This document shows positions 39,275 through 47,344 of a stretch of 64,000 nt of DNA, piece after piece (positions within the stretch are counted from its first letter, which is position 1; the number at the start of each line of letters is the position of its first letter). Both the position numbers and the translations under genes were made by a program. Source of the DNA: Candidatus Dojkabacteria bacterium (GTDB taxonomy: Bacteria > Patescibacteriota > Dojkabacteria > B142 > JAFGFJ01); NCBI GenBank assembly GCA_016931155.1, contig JAFGFJ010000006.1, forward strand, positions 314,896 through 378,895, in the 5' to 3' direction. The notes beneath the pieces are model-generated. The model was not told the DNA's origin. It worked only from the letters and a program-made list of their open reading frames with translations, and searched no databases.

Positions 39275-40033
39275 CTAGAGTTCCAAAGCAATTACCACAA
39301 TTCTGTTGTCACTTCCCCCGGGTACTCCTGATTGAAGTGAACAGGATATTATCTTGATAAAGTTTCGTTTTGATGTTTCGTAAATATTTACGTCGTTCGG
39401 ATTTTTTATTGTGACACTCCGAACTGAGTATCTTATTGGCTTTCCTGATGGATCATTTACCTGAATTAGATCACCCTTTTCTAGAAGATTTATATTCCAG
39501 CAACTTCTTGGGTCATCTTGTTGAAAGTATCTTCTGTGGCATAGTACTATTGTTTCACCGTTTCCAGGAGTACTGGAAGATGGATACATCCAAAATCCTT
39601 GATCCATTAGAGAATCACCATCGCTTCCCCCGAACACATTTGCTCTCACATTTATTTTTGGAATGATTAACTCTCCAATTACTCCTGTTGTAACTTTGGT
39701 ATCGAATGCAAACTTTTGTTGCTCAGGCGAGAGAATATCATCTCTTGTATATATTTTCTCTTTATTCAATTGACTGTCTTGAGCAGTGGAAGTATCTTCT
39801 GTACTGCTTTTTTGTTTCTCTTCTTCCACCTTCTTAACCTCTGACATTGAAGGAACTAAAAAATTATATCCGTACTTCTGCCTACCATTTTCTCCTTTTA
39901 AAAATACTGAAATAAGGCTTATATGTGTTGTTCTTGCCTTTGTGTATAGAAAAAGTCCGCTAACAATAAGAAAGCTTAGTATAAACAAAATAAAAATCAC
40001 CTTTGTTGTTGAATCTTTTTCCTCGTTTTCCAT
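39275..40033 (-). CDS. Sortase-family transpeptidase (membrane-anchored)
   Basis: N-terminal TM; beta6/beta7 region GFWMYPSSSTPGNGETIVLCHRR matches the sortase pattern (h-YP-x-PG-x-GN-x-h-h-x-HR), downstream IKIISCSLQSG matches the TLxTC catalytic Cys, followed by a conserved Arg. Confidence 0.65.
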   Translation of the reverse strand: MENEEKDSTTKVIFILFILSFLIVSGLFLYTKARTTHISLISVFLKGENGRQKYGYNFLVPSMSEVKKVEEEKQKSSTEDTSTAQDSQLNKEKIYTRDDILSPEQQKFAFDTKVTTGVIGELIIPKINVRANVFGGSDGDSLMDQGFWMYPSSSTPGNGETIVLCHRRYFQQDDPRSCWNINLLEKGDLIQVNDPSGKPIRYSVRSVTIKNPNDVNIYETSKRNFIKIISCSLQSGVPGGSDNRIVVIALEL

Positions 40034-40105
40034 TCCGAATTATATCACAGGAAACTATTGTAGTTATATATTTAATATTGTTCAAAACGCTAATACGATG
40101 ATATA

Positions 40106-41092
40106 ATGCATTATTCCAATATAAAAACAATGAGGAAGGAATTTGATGAGAAAAAAGTGAGGCTGGCTCTGATGGTTTGGGGATTTATGGTTATCCTTAT
40201 TGGGCTTATTATTGGAATTGTGACGGTTGGACCACAGCTTACTCCGCTTGAGGCACAAGGACAGATTTGCACGACTGGTGCAGATTGTCCTCCTTGTGAA
40301 TATCCACAGGTAGCTTTCTGCGACCATAGCGGATCTTCCAATCCTTGTCGTTCAGGAGAGGGTATATGTACATGTAGAGGCGTACCTCAAAGTGACCCAA
40401 CTTGTGGAGGTGCTGTTTGTATCTCAATTTCTCCGAGTGAGGCATGTGATCCTGGTGGGTGTCCTTCGGGTTACACTGACTGCGGGATAAGTGGTCACAG
40501 AACTGATAATTCTTCAGAATGTCAAGCTTTTGGCAGTTGTACTACTAGATGTGCTTCGTGTAATAACCCAACTACATTTGTTAGATATTGCAGACCGGAA
40601 GTTTCACCTGTTGAACCATCACCGTCACCGTCACCGTCACCATCACCGTCGCCCTCCTACCCAGACTATGAAATAGTAAAGGATGTTATTGACTCAGATA
40701 GTTTTTACGAAATAGGGGAGACTGTGAACTTTAGTGTTACAATCAGAAATACAGGGGATGTAACATTTGAAAAGGTAAAATTTAGGGATGTGTACAATCC
40801 TGCACGATTGGATTATCTATCTAGTCGTGGTAATAAAAATGGTGGCACAGACGTAGAGTTAAATTTCAATATTATTGAAAGTACTGGAATTATAACTCAT
40901 TCAAACCTTGCGGTAGAGTTGGGAAATTTGAATCCTGGGGATTACTATCGAATATTTTTTAGCTTTAGAGCTTTGGTAAGTGTTCCGAGAACATGCAACG
41001 AAGCCTTTGTTAATCCTGATGATTTGGGTGAGAAAAGGGACGATGCTTGTGTCTCGATTAATACTGTGTTTATTCCCGTACCTGATTTATAA
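40106..41092 (+). CDS. Secreted/anchored cysteine-rich protein with (SP)7 linker and C-terminal DUF11-like (conserved repeat) beta-domain
   Basis: Signal anchor, then ~25 Cys in ~110 aa (CPPCEYPQVAFCDH...CTTRCASC), PSPSPSPSPSPSPS, then a TIRNTGDVTFEKVKFRDVYNP DUF11-like motif. Confidence 0.6.
   Translation: MHYSNIKTMRKEFDEKKVRLALMVWGFMVILIGLIIGIVTVGPQLTPLEAQGQICTTGADCPPCEYPQVAFCDHSGSSNPCRSGEGICTCRGVPQSDPTCGGAVCISISPSEACDPGGCPSGYTDCGISGHRTDNSSECQAFGSCTTRCASCNNPTTFVRYCRPEVSPVEPSPSPSPSPSPSPSYPDYEIVKDVIDSDSFYEIGETVNFSVTIRNTGDVTFEKVKFRDVYNPARLDYLSSRGNKNGGTDVELNFNIIESTGIITHSNLAVELGNLNPGDYYRIFFSFRALVSVPRTCNEAFVNPDDLGEKRDDACVSINTVFIPVPDL
40616..40657 (+). repeat. Tandem 6-nt repeat (ccatca/ccgtca)x7 encoding (Pro-Ser)7 linker
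   Basis: Direct read: cca tca ccg tca ccg tca ccg tca cca tca ccg tcg ccc tcc. Confidence 0.9.
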
Positions 41093-41096
41093 TGTT

Positions 41097-41678
41097 CTAG
41101 CTCAATTCAAATCTGGAGATCTCTTTGTATACAGGACCTTGATTTGTTAGTGTGCTTTGAAGAATTGATATTGAATTTGCTGTAAAGGAAGTCTTTTTCT
41201 TTTCTACTCCTTCTAATATGCAGTGAATCTTCTTTTTGAAGTTTCTATTCACAGTTGGTTTTGCTCTTGCTATTGTCATATGATTAATTAAGGTTGCCCT
41301 ATCTTTTTTTCTCCCGGTATCTTCAAGTTTCAGCTCTTTAATAAATGAATGAACGGTATGGACGAGCAGATCAAGCTCTTTGTTTTTATTGACCAAACAG
41401 GAGAGCACAGTTGGTCTGGTTTCTCCTTTGAAGCCAAAATAAATTTTATTGAACTCTATACTTGCTTTCTTTAGTTTCCTCTTATATAGATTAAAGTACT
41501 CGATTATTCTATCAAGACTTTCTTTGGAAACATTATTCCCAAGAAACTTTATTGTTATATGAAGATGCTCCGGTTTTACAAATGTCAAATTTCTCTTTTC
41601 TTTATAAAAGAGTCTGGTAATGTCTCTAATTTTTTCTTTGATTTCCTGTGGCGGAAGAATTGTGATAAATAATCTCAT
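41097..41678 (-). CDS. thpR: RNA 2',3'-cyclic phosphodiesterase / 2'-5' RNA ligase family (2H phosphoesterase)
   Basis: Two H-x-T-x motifs (HITIKFLG and HMTIARAK) at the expected spacing. Confidence 0.75.
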   Translation of the reverse strand: MRLFITILPPQEIKEKIRDITRLFYKEKRNLTFVKPEHLHITIKFLGNNVSKESLDRIIEYFNLYKRKLKKASIEFNKIYFGFKGETRPTVLSCLVNKNKELDLLVHTVHSFIKELKLEDTGRKKDRATLINHMTIARAKPTVNRNFKKKIHCILEGVEKKKTSFTANSISILQSTLTNQGPVYKEISRFELS

Positions 41679-41682
41679 ATTT

Positions 41683-42507
41683 CTAACTTGATAGTCCTTG
41701 CAGGATAACTAGACTTAATAGCAATACAACGAGATATTCCAGTAACACCTCTTTTTTCAAAGAACCTTCGAGTTTGTGATGAAGAATTGCACTCGTAATA
41801 TAGAAAACCAGTAGGGTGTATGAGGAAGTCGCAAGAATCGAAAAGTTCGTATACGAGCTTAACGCAACTACTGTTTCAATAATTACTAAAGTGGTAATTA
41901 GATTGAAAATAATAGTTAAATAATTGAACTGATTTCTTCTTATCGTGACAATAGTATTGATCATGAATGCTGTCATTCCAATAAGAACGTAAGAAAGAAA
42001 AGGATCAAAACCAAAGTAATTTATAGTTTCAAGAATTGTGTTTGTAAGCTGGAAAAAAGTGATAAATTTGATAATGTCATATATGTAATGAGTTCTTTCT
42101 TCCAATTTGAATTTGTCTTCATAATATGCCCTGATATTAATGAACATTAATGTAAATATGAAAAAGCAAATAAAGAAGAAGAAATACTTGGGAAGTGTCA
42201 GGTGGTAGTAATATATTATTCCCAAGCAAGACATATATAGAGCAGTAGGCAGTAATAAGTGATGTGTAAATTGACTGAATTTAGAATAGGTATCAACCTG
42301 TGGTATTTCCATTTGAGCCAGGATTTTTTTTGAGTATATTTGGCTTGTCAGTACCTCGAAAACAAATACCAGATAAAGGATTATGCTTGCGATGAAGAAT
42401 AATTTTTGTTCCAGATTTATCATGAGCTCAACAAGAAATATGAGACCGATTGAGATGAAAAAACCGTAAAAGATTCCTCTTCTATTGTTTATTAAAAAGT
42501 TCTTCAT
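41683..42507 (-). CDS. Hypothetical polytopic membrane protein (~8 TM)
   Basis: Hydropathy only; no recognisable motif. Confidence 0.4.
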   Translation of the reverse strand: MKNFLINNRRGIFYGFFISIGLIFLVELMINLEQKLFFIASIILYLVFVFEVLTSQIYSKKILAQMEIPQVDTYSKFSQFTHHLLLPTALYMSCLGIIYYYHLTLPKYFFFFICFFIFTLMFINIRAYYEDKFKLEERTHYIYDIIKFITFFQLTNTILETINYFGFDPFLSYVLIGMTAFMINTIVTIRRNQFNYLTIIFNLITTLVIIETVVALSSYTNFSILATSSYTLLVFYITSAILHHKLEGSLKKEVLLEYLVVLLLSLVILQGLSS

Positions 42508-43952
42508 TTTGTTAACCCTTCAATTATCGTCCCACCTGCTCCTCCAATAAGTACCATCAAAAGCAGAACAATGAAATTTGAAATATGCAAATGATGCTTC
42601 CCTCTTTCTTTATAGCCCAGGGGAAGATTTGTCCTGGCAAGGAGTAGGGCATCAAAAACAAAGAGTGAGACTATAATGAGAAGTGCAGTAATACTTACAA
42701 CATTTTTTACGCTTGGAAACTCTCGAGCAATAATACTTATCAGTTTATTTGTTGCGATTTCTTTTGAGGAAAGAGTTTCCATTGTACTCAATACATTTCC
42801 TGTTTCAATGGTTGAAGATGTGATGTTTCCAGCTTTGTCAATCGCAGTAATTGCTAGCGTGTTAGAAGATTCAGTAATGGGTCTTGCTATGTCTACTTCC
42901 CAGTAATCAGAATAAGGTATGCGAACAAAATTTTTCTCTTCTTCGTTACTGTATAGATATACTTTTTCGGTGTCATCGGAAATAAGTATTCTGAGACGAT
43001 AATTATCAATATTTTCTGTTGACAATATTTCTAACAAATCTGTGTTTATTACTGGTGCTTGAGTGTCTACAACTACGCTAACTATACTTGATTTTTCGCT
43101 GGAAACCCCATGCTCGTCTATGGAATATGAAGATATCAAATGATTCCCCTGTTCAAAAGGTTTGTCTGATGGTGGCTTGTATATAAAGATACCCCCTTGT
43201 GCATCAATATCAGCAATGTTTTTTTCATTGTCAATTATTTTTACTTTTGTTTCCTTTTTTGCTCGACCTCTTATCGTGAAAAATTGATCGTTTGTCCAGG
43301 TACCATTCTCAGGCTCTTCAATTAAGGGGGTATTTTGAATGTCATTTGTTGGAAGTGCTTCTTTCACCTGATGTTTTGAATCACTTGTTATTGGAAGCGC
43401 ATTATAGGAGTTAACTTGAGAGCCGAAATGAACGACAACTACTACATTATTGGGGTTTCCCTGGAAGTTACCCTGAACAATGGAAATACCTATCTCTCTG
43501 AACTCTGGTTTCAGCATATTATCTCTATGACTGGGACTATTCATCCATGCCTGTACTACAGCTTCGTTATCATTAAAACCTTCTGCAAGGTTCTCTCCTG
43601 CATAAATATATTCATAATTCTGATCCTTGAAAAAATCCCAAGGCGATTTCTTATCGGGACAATAGTGAGACCAGCAGTCAGAAGCAAGCATTGCTTTAGC
43701 TTTTTCTGACGCAGAATTAGTCAGTTTGCTGCTAACTACTAATTTCGAAAGTCCTCTGCTGGTTCTTTCTTTATTATGAAGGCTGACAAGTATGGAAGTA
43801 TCGATCGCTGCGTAAGCTTTAGATATCGGTAAGCTTCCCACAGTAATATTAAAAATGAAGAGGATTAGAGTAAAAATGGCTAGACTTCCTTTTCTCAGAA
43901 GAAGTGGATAGTAATTATTTGTTTTAGTAGGAATGAATAAGTTTTTGATCAC
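42504..43952 (-). CDS. CAP/SCP (cysteine-rich secretory protein, YkwD-like) domain protein with N- and C-terminal TM anchors
   Basis: LHNKERTSRGLSKL..., YAGENLAEG..., AWMNSPSHRDNML CAP signature motifs. Confidence 0.7.
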   Translation of the reverse strand: MIKNLFIPTKTNNYYPLLLRKGSLAIFTLILFIFNITVGSLPISKAYAAIDTSILVSLHNKERTSRGLSKLVVSSKLTNSASEKAKAMLASDCWSHYCPDKKSPWDFFKDQNYEYIYAGENLAEGFNDNEAVVQAWMNSPSHRDNMLKPEFREIGISIVQGNFQGNPNNVVVVVHFGSQVNSYNALPITSDSKHQVKEALPTNDIQNTPLIEEPENGTWTNDQFFTIRGRAKKETKVKIIDNEKNIADIDAQGGIFIYKPPSDKPFEQGNHLISSYSIDEHGVSSEKSSIVSVVVDTQAPVINTDLLEILSTENIDNYRLRILISDDTEKVYLYSNEEEKNFVRIPYSDYWEVDIARPITESSNTLAITAIDKAGNITSSTIETGNVLSTMETLSSKEIATNKLISIIAREFPSVKNVVSITALLIIVSLFVFDALLLARTNLPLGYKERGKHHLHISNFIVLLLMVLIGGAGGTIIEGLTK

Positions 43953-44018
43953 GTTATACTGAAAAAGTTGCTACAATATAGTATAAGTGTTCAGATATAA
44001 TCTCAAGTTTCGTAATAT

Positions 44019-45572
44019 ATGATTGTTAGAACAAGATTTGCTCCAAGTCCGACAGGATACGCTCATTTGGGCTTTGTGAGTAGAGTCCTTATTAATTATG
44101 CAATGGCCAGAAAACATGGCGGGAAGTTTGTATGGAGAAATGAGGACACTGATAGAGAAAGGTTTGTTGAAGGATCTCTAGAGTTTAATATGAGATGGAT
44201 GAGGGAGTTTGGACTTGATTGGGATGAGGGACCGGATATAGGTGGATCTTATGCGCCTTACAACCAAAGTGAAAGATTAGATATCTATAAGAATGCGGCG
44301 GAAAAACTTATTGAGAAAGGTTACGCTTACAGATGTTTTTGTTCAAAAGAAAGACTTTCAGAAATGAGAGAAGAACAGGAAAAAAAGAAGGAGAGAAAAC
44401 ACTACGATGGCCTTTGCAGAAATATATCTGCCAGTGAGATAGAAAGTAATTTAAAAAAGAGTATTGCATACACGGTAAGGGTAAAAATGCCAAGAGATAG
44501 AAAAATAGAATTTGACGATATCATTACACGCACTCATATTACTTGGAATTCAAATGAAGTTGATGATTATATTCTTTTAAAATCTGATGGTTATCCAACT
44601 TATCACCTTGCTGCAGTTGTTGATGATGCTGCAATGGAAATTTCACACGTTTTTAGAGGTTCAGAGTGGATTGCTACAACTCCAGTGCATCAAATAATTT
44701 ATGAAGGTCTTGGTATTACAGAAAAGGAGAGGCCGGGTATTGGTCATTTTACTGTTATTTTGGATCCTTCAACTCCTGGGAAAAAGTTTAGCAAGAGGAG
44801 TAGCTCTTTTAAGGCAAATGGACTTGTGATACAAGGTTATTTAAAACCTGCAATACTTAATTATCTAATGCTTCTTGGATGGGCACCAAAAGATGACAGA
44901 GAGCTTTTTACACTAAAGGAGTTTGTGGAAGCATTTGATCTTTCAGGGATGCAGAAAGCAAATCCAACCTGGGATCAAAATAAAATGGATTGGTTCAATG
45001 GTATTTATATTCGTGCACTTTCCCCAGATAATTTGATAAAGGAATTCACAAACTGGATTACTAATTACCTTTTTAAGGAGCCGGCTGAGGATGTTAAAGA
45101 GAATCTTACCAGTGCTGATCTTGACGTGAAGAGAGTTAATGAATTGTTAGATCTTGCAAGAGTAATTAAAGACTCAGACAGAGATGCTTTAAAATGCCAG
45201 CTTTTACTTACTCAGGAAAGATCTATAAATTTCTGGCATACACTAAGTCAAATAGAATTTTTCTATAGAAGACCTGAAAAAATCGATTGGCAAATTAAGC
45301 AGTTAAATAAAATAAAGGAAAACTTGGAGGAGATCAAATTAGATCTAATTAGTATGTATAGTTCTATGGATGATAATTCTTCAAAGTGGATGCACGCAAA
45401 ATGGGAGAAAGATATCCGTAGACTAGGGGATAAGTATAGGAAAAAACATGGTGATATTTTTATGCTGCTTAGAGTGTCTATTACAGGTGGACCATTTTCT
45501 CCTCCGCTTTTTGAATCTTCGCAGATACTGGGAAAAGAAGAGTGTCTAATAAGACTTAAAAATAATAAATGA
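44019..45572 (+). CDS. gltX: Glutamyl-tRNA synthetase
   Basis: RFAPSPTGYAHLG (HIGH region), KFSKRSS (KMSKS), class I catalytic domain, long C-terminal anticodon-binding region. Confidence 0.88.
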   Translation: MIVRTRFAPSPTGYAHLGFVSRVLINYAMARKHGGKFVWRNEDTDRERFVEGSLEFNMRWMREFGLDWDEGPDIGGSYAPYNQSERLDIYKNAAEKLIEKGYAYRCFCSKERLSEMREEQEKKKERKHYDGLCRNISASEIESNLKKSIAYTVRVKMPRDRKIEFDDIITRTHITWNSNEVDDYILLKSDGYPTYHLAAVVDDAAMEISHVFRGSEWIATTPVHQIIYEGLGITEKERPGIGHFTVILDPSTPGKKFSKRSSSFKANGLVIQGYLKPAILNYLMLLGWAPKDDRELFTLKEFVEAFDLSGMQKANPTWDQNKMDWFNGIYIRALSPDNLIKEFTNWITNYLFKEPAEDVKENLTSADLDVKRVNELLDLARVIKDSDRDALKCQLLLTQERSINFWHTLSQIEFFYRRPEKIDWQIKQLNKIKENLEEIKLDLISMYSSMDDNSSKWMHAKWEKDIRRLGDKYRKKHGDIFMLLRVSITGGPFSPPLFESSQILGKEECLIRLKNNK

Positions 45573-47299
45573 TATCTTTGAAAATCTTCAAGATTTTTCT
45601 TTTTACAAATTTCTTTTTATTGTTTTCCTTTTTCTTAGGTGGACATAGTACATCTGCTGCATCTTTTTCCCAGGAATTCTCAAGTATTTACACAATAAAT
45701 AGTGATCTTTCTGCGAATGTGACCTTTAGGGAAGTATTTGTAAACATTTCTTCGACTGAAGTTCTTGATCGTTACAAGGTAAATATTCCTTTTGCAGATG
45801 CAACTGATATAAGTGTTAAGGTAAATGGATCGGGGACAATTTCTGGTCATAAGGTGACAGGTGGAAGAACTGAAGTAAGTGTGGATTTTGATCCTGTTAT
45901 TAAAGATCAGACAGCAGTTATTCTTACTTCTTTTAAGACATATCAAGTTGCCAAAGACTTTGGAGGGATAACTGCTTTACTTATCCCTTCAGTGGATTCA
46001 GGGGTAAAGATTAGTAATCAGGCAGTAAATGTTTCAAAGTCACTGGGAGAGTTGAGTTGTGCTTCTACTGACTTTACAAAGGGGAAGGAAACGAAGCAAA
46101 ATATTTACAATTTCAACTCTTCTTCTAATATATACATGACTTTTGGGAATAGTGTGAAATACAATTTCAGCTTAAAACAGTCCTTAATTAACAATACCAG
46201 CAAAGAGGTTACAACAAAATTCCTGCTTCCATATGAAGATTCAAGGCAGTCATTATATTTTTACTTTTCCAATTATGATGCGGTTCTGGTCTCTGATGGG
46301 AGTAACAATAAGGAGATATTTGTGTCATTAAAACCTACGGAAAATAAAAGTATTGGAATAAATGGACTGCTAAGTTCGAAAAATACGGATCGGGAGATCG
46401 TTGAAAGCAAGGTAAAAGATATTTACAAAAAGGTAATAAGTGAGCATTCTCCATCTTCCGACTCCAGATTTGAAAGAAAGTCGATTGGAGAATTGAAAGA
46501 ACAGAAGTCACTTAGTGAGATTCAGTATGCAGATCTATTGGTTTCTCTTCTAAAGGAGAAGAATATTGATGCAAAAATAATTATTGGCAGAAACAATGGT
46601 GCTCGAATGTTTGGTCGCAGTGAGGACATTGATGCTTGGGTTTCCTACTTTGATGAATCATCAAAGAACTGGCAAGGTCTTGATCCATATTTTGCTGATT
46701 CGAACAATCTTGGAGACGAACCCTTTTTTAATCCAGACAGGATAGCATATTTTGTTTTAGATGGTTCTAAAGCCGAGGAATCTTATGGGTATTACTTCCT
46801 TGAAGGACAAGGGTTCTATGTTGAGCTTTCGAAATATGATGGGGACGAATTTTTGATCGACAAGTCTTTTGATTACACTGTTACTATTGATCCTATTGAC
46901 AAGGTGTCACTTGATGTTCATTTTCCTGTTTCCATAAAACTGGCAAATCGTTCTTCAAGGGCAATTAGAATAAAAGATGCTCATTATAAGGGCAAAAAAC
47001 TGGAAATAAGAGCCAGAGATAAGAATTTATGGGTTCTTCCCGGGCATTCGGCAAGATATCAAATTGAAGGGCTTATGGTAAAAGGTCTTTTTGGAGAAAA
47101 AAAACAAACATTTGAACTTTCTTTAAGTATTGAGTCAGCGGGGGGAGAAATACAGAATCAGGAAAAAAGTATCGAAATAACTGCACTTCCGACTGTTAGG
47201 ACTTTCCTTCCGTTGATGGTTGCCCTGACTGTACTTTCAGTGAGTTTTTTCTTGTTTCTCATGTTTAAGAAACATATAAAATTGACACATAAGCGATGA
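45569..47299 (+). CDS. Secreted protein with C-terminal TM anchor and a probable catalytically inactive transglutaminase-like domain
   Basis: Signal peptide; IQYADLLVSLLKEKNIDAKIIIGRNNG...DAWVSYFDESSKNWQGLDPYF follows the transglutaminase-like core pattern (C..A.L..LLRA.GIPAR.V.G...HAWVEVY...W..FDPT) but Cys is replaced by Tyr and His by Asp; C-terminal ALPTVRT, TM helix, KKHIKLTHKR. Confidence 0.45.
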   Translation: MISLKIFKIFLFTNFFLLFSFFLGGHSTSAASFSQEFSSIYTINSDLSANVTFREVFVNISSTEVLDRYKVNIPFADATDISVKVNGSGTISGHKVTGGRTEVSVDFDPVIKDQTAVILTSFKTYQVAKDFGGITALLIPSVDSGVKISNQAVNVSKSLGELSCASTDFTKGKETKQNIYNFNSSSNIYMTFGNSVKYNFSLKQSLINNTSKEVTTKFLLPYEDSRQSLYFYFSNYDAVLVSDGSNNKEIFVSLKPTENKSIGINGLLSSKNTDREIVESKVKDIYKKVISEHSPSSDSRFERKSIGELKEQKSLSEIQYADLLVSLLKEKNIDAKIIIGRNNGARMFGRSEDIDAWVSYFDESSKNWQGLDPYFADSNNLGDEPFFNPDRIAYFVLDGSKAEESYGYYFLEGQGFYVELSKYDGDEFLIDKSFDYTVTIDPIDKVSLDVHFPVSIKLANRSSRAIRIKDAHYKGKKLEIRARDKNLWVLPGHSARYQIEGLMVKGLFGEKKQTFELSLSIESAGGEIQNQEKSIEITALPTVRTFLPLMVALTVLSVSFFLFLMFKKHIKLTHKR

Positions 47300-47344
47300 C
47301 CTAGCATAATTACTTAATAAAAATGTGTCAGTAAGTCTGCCCAA

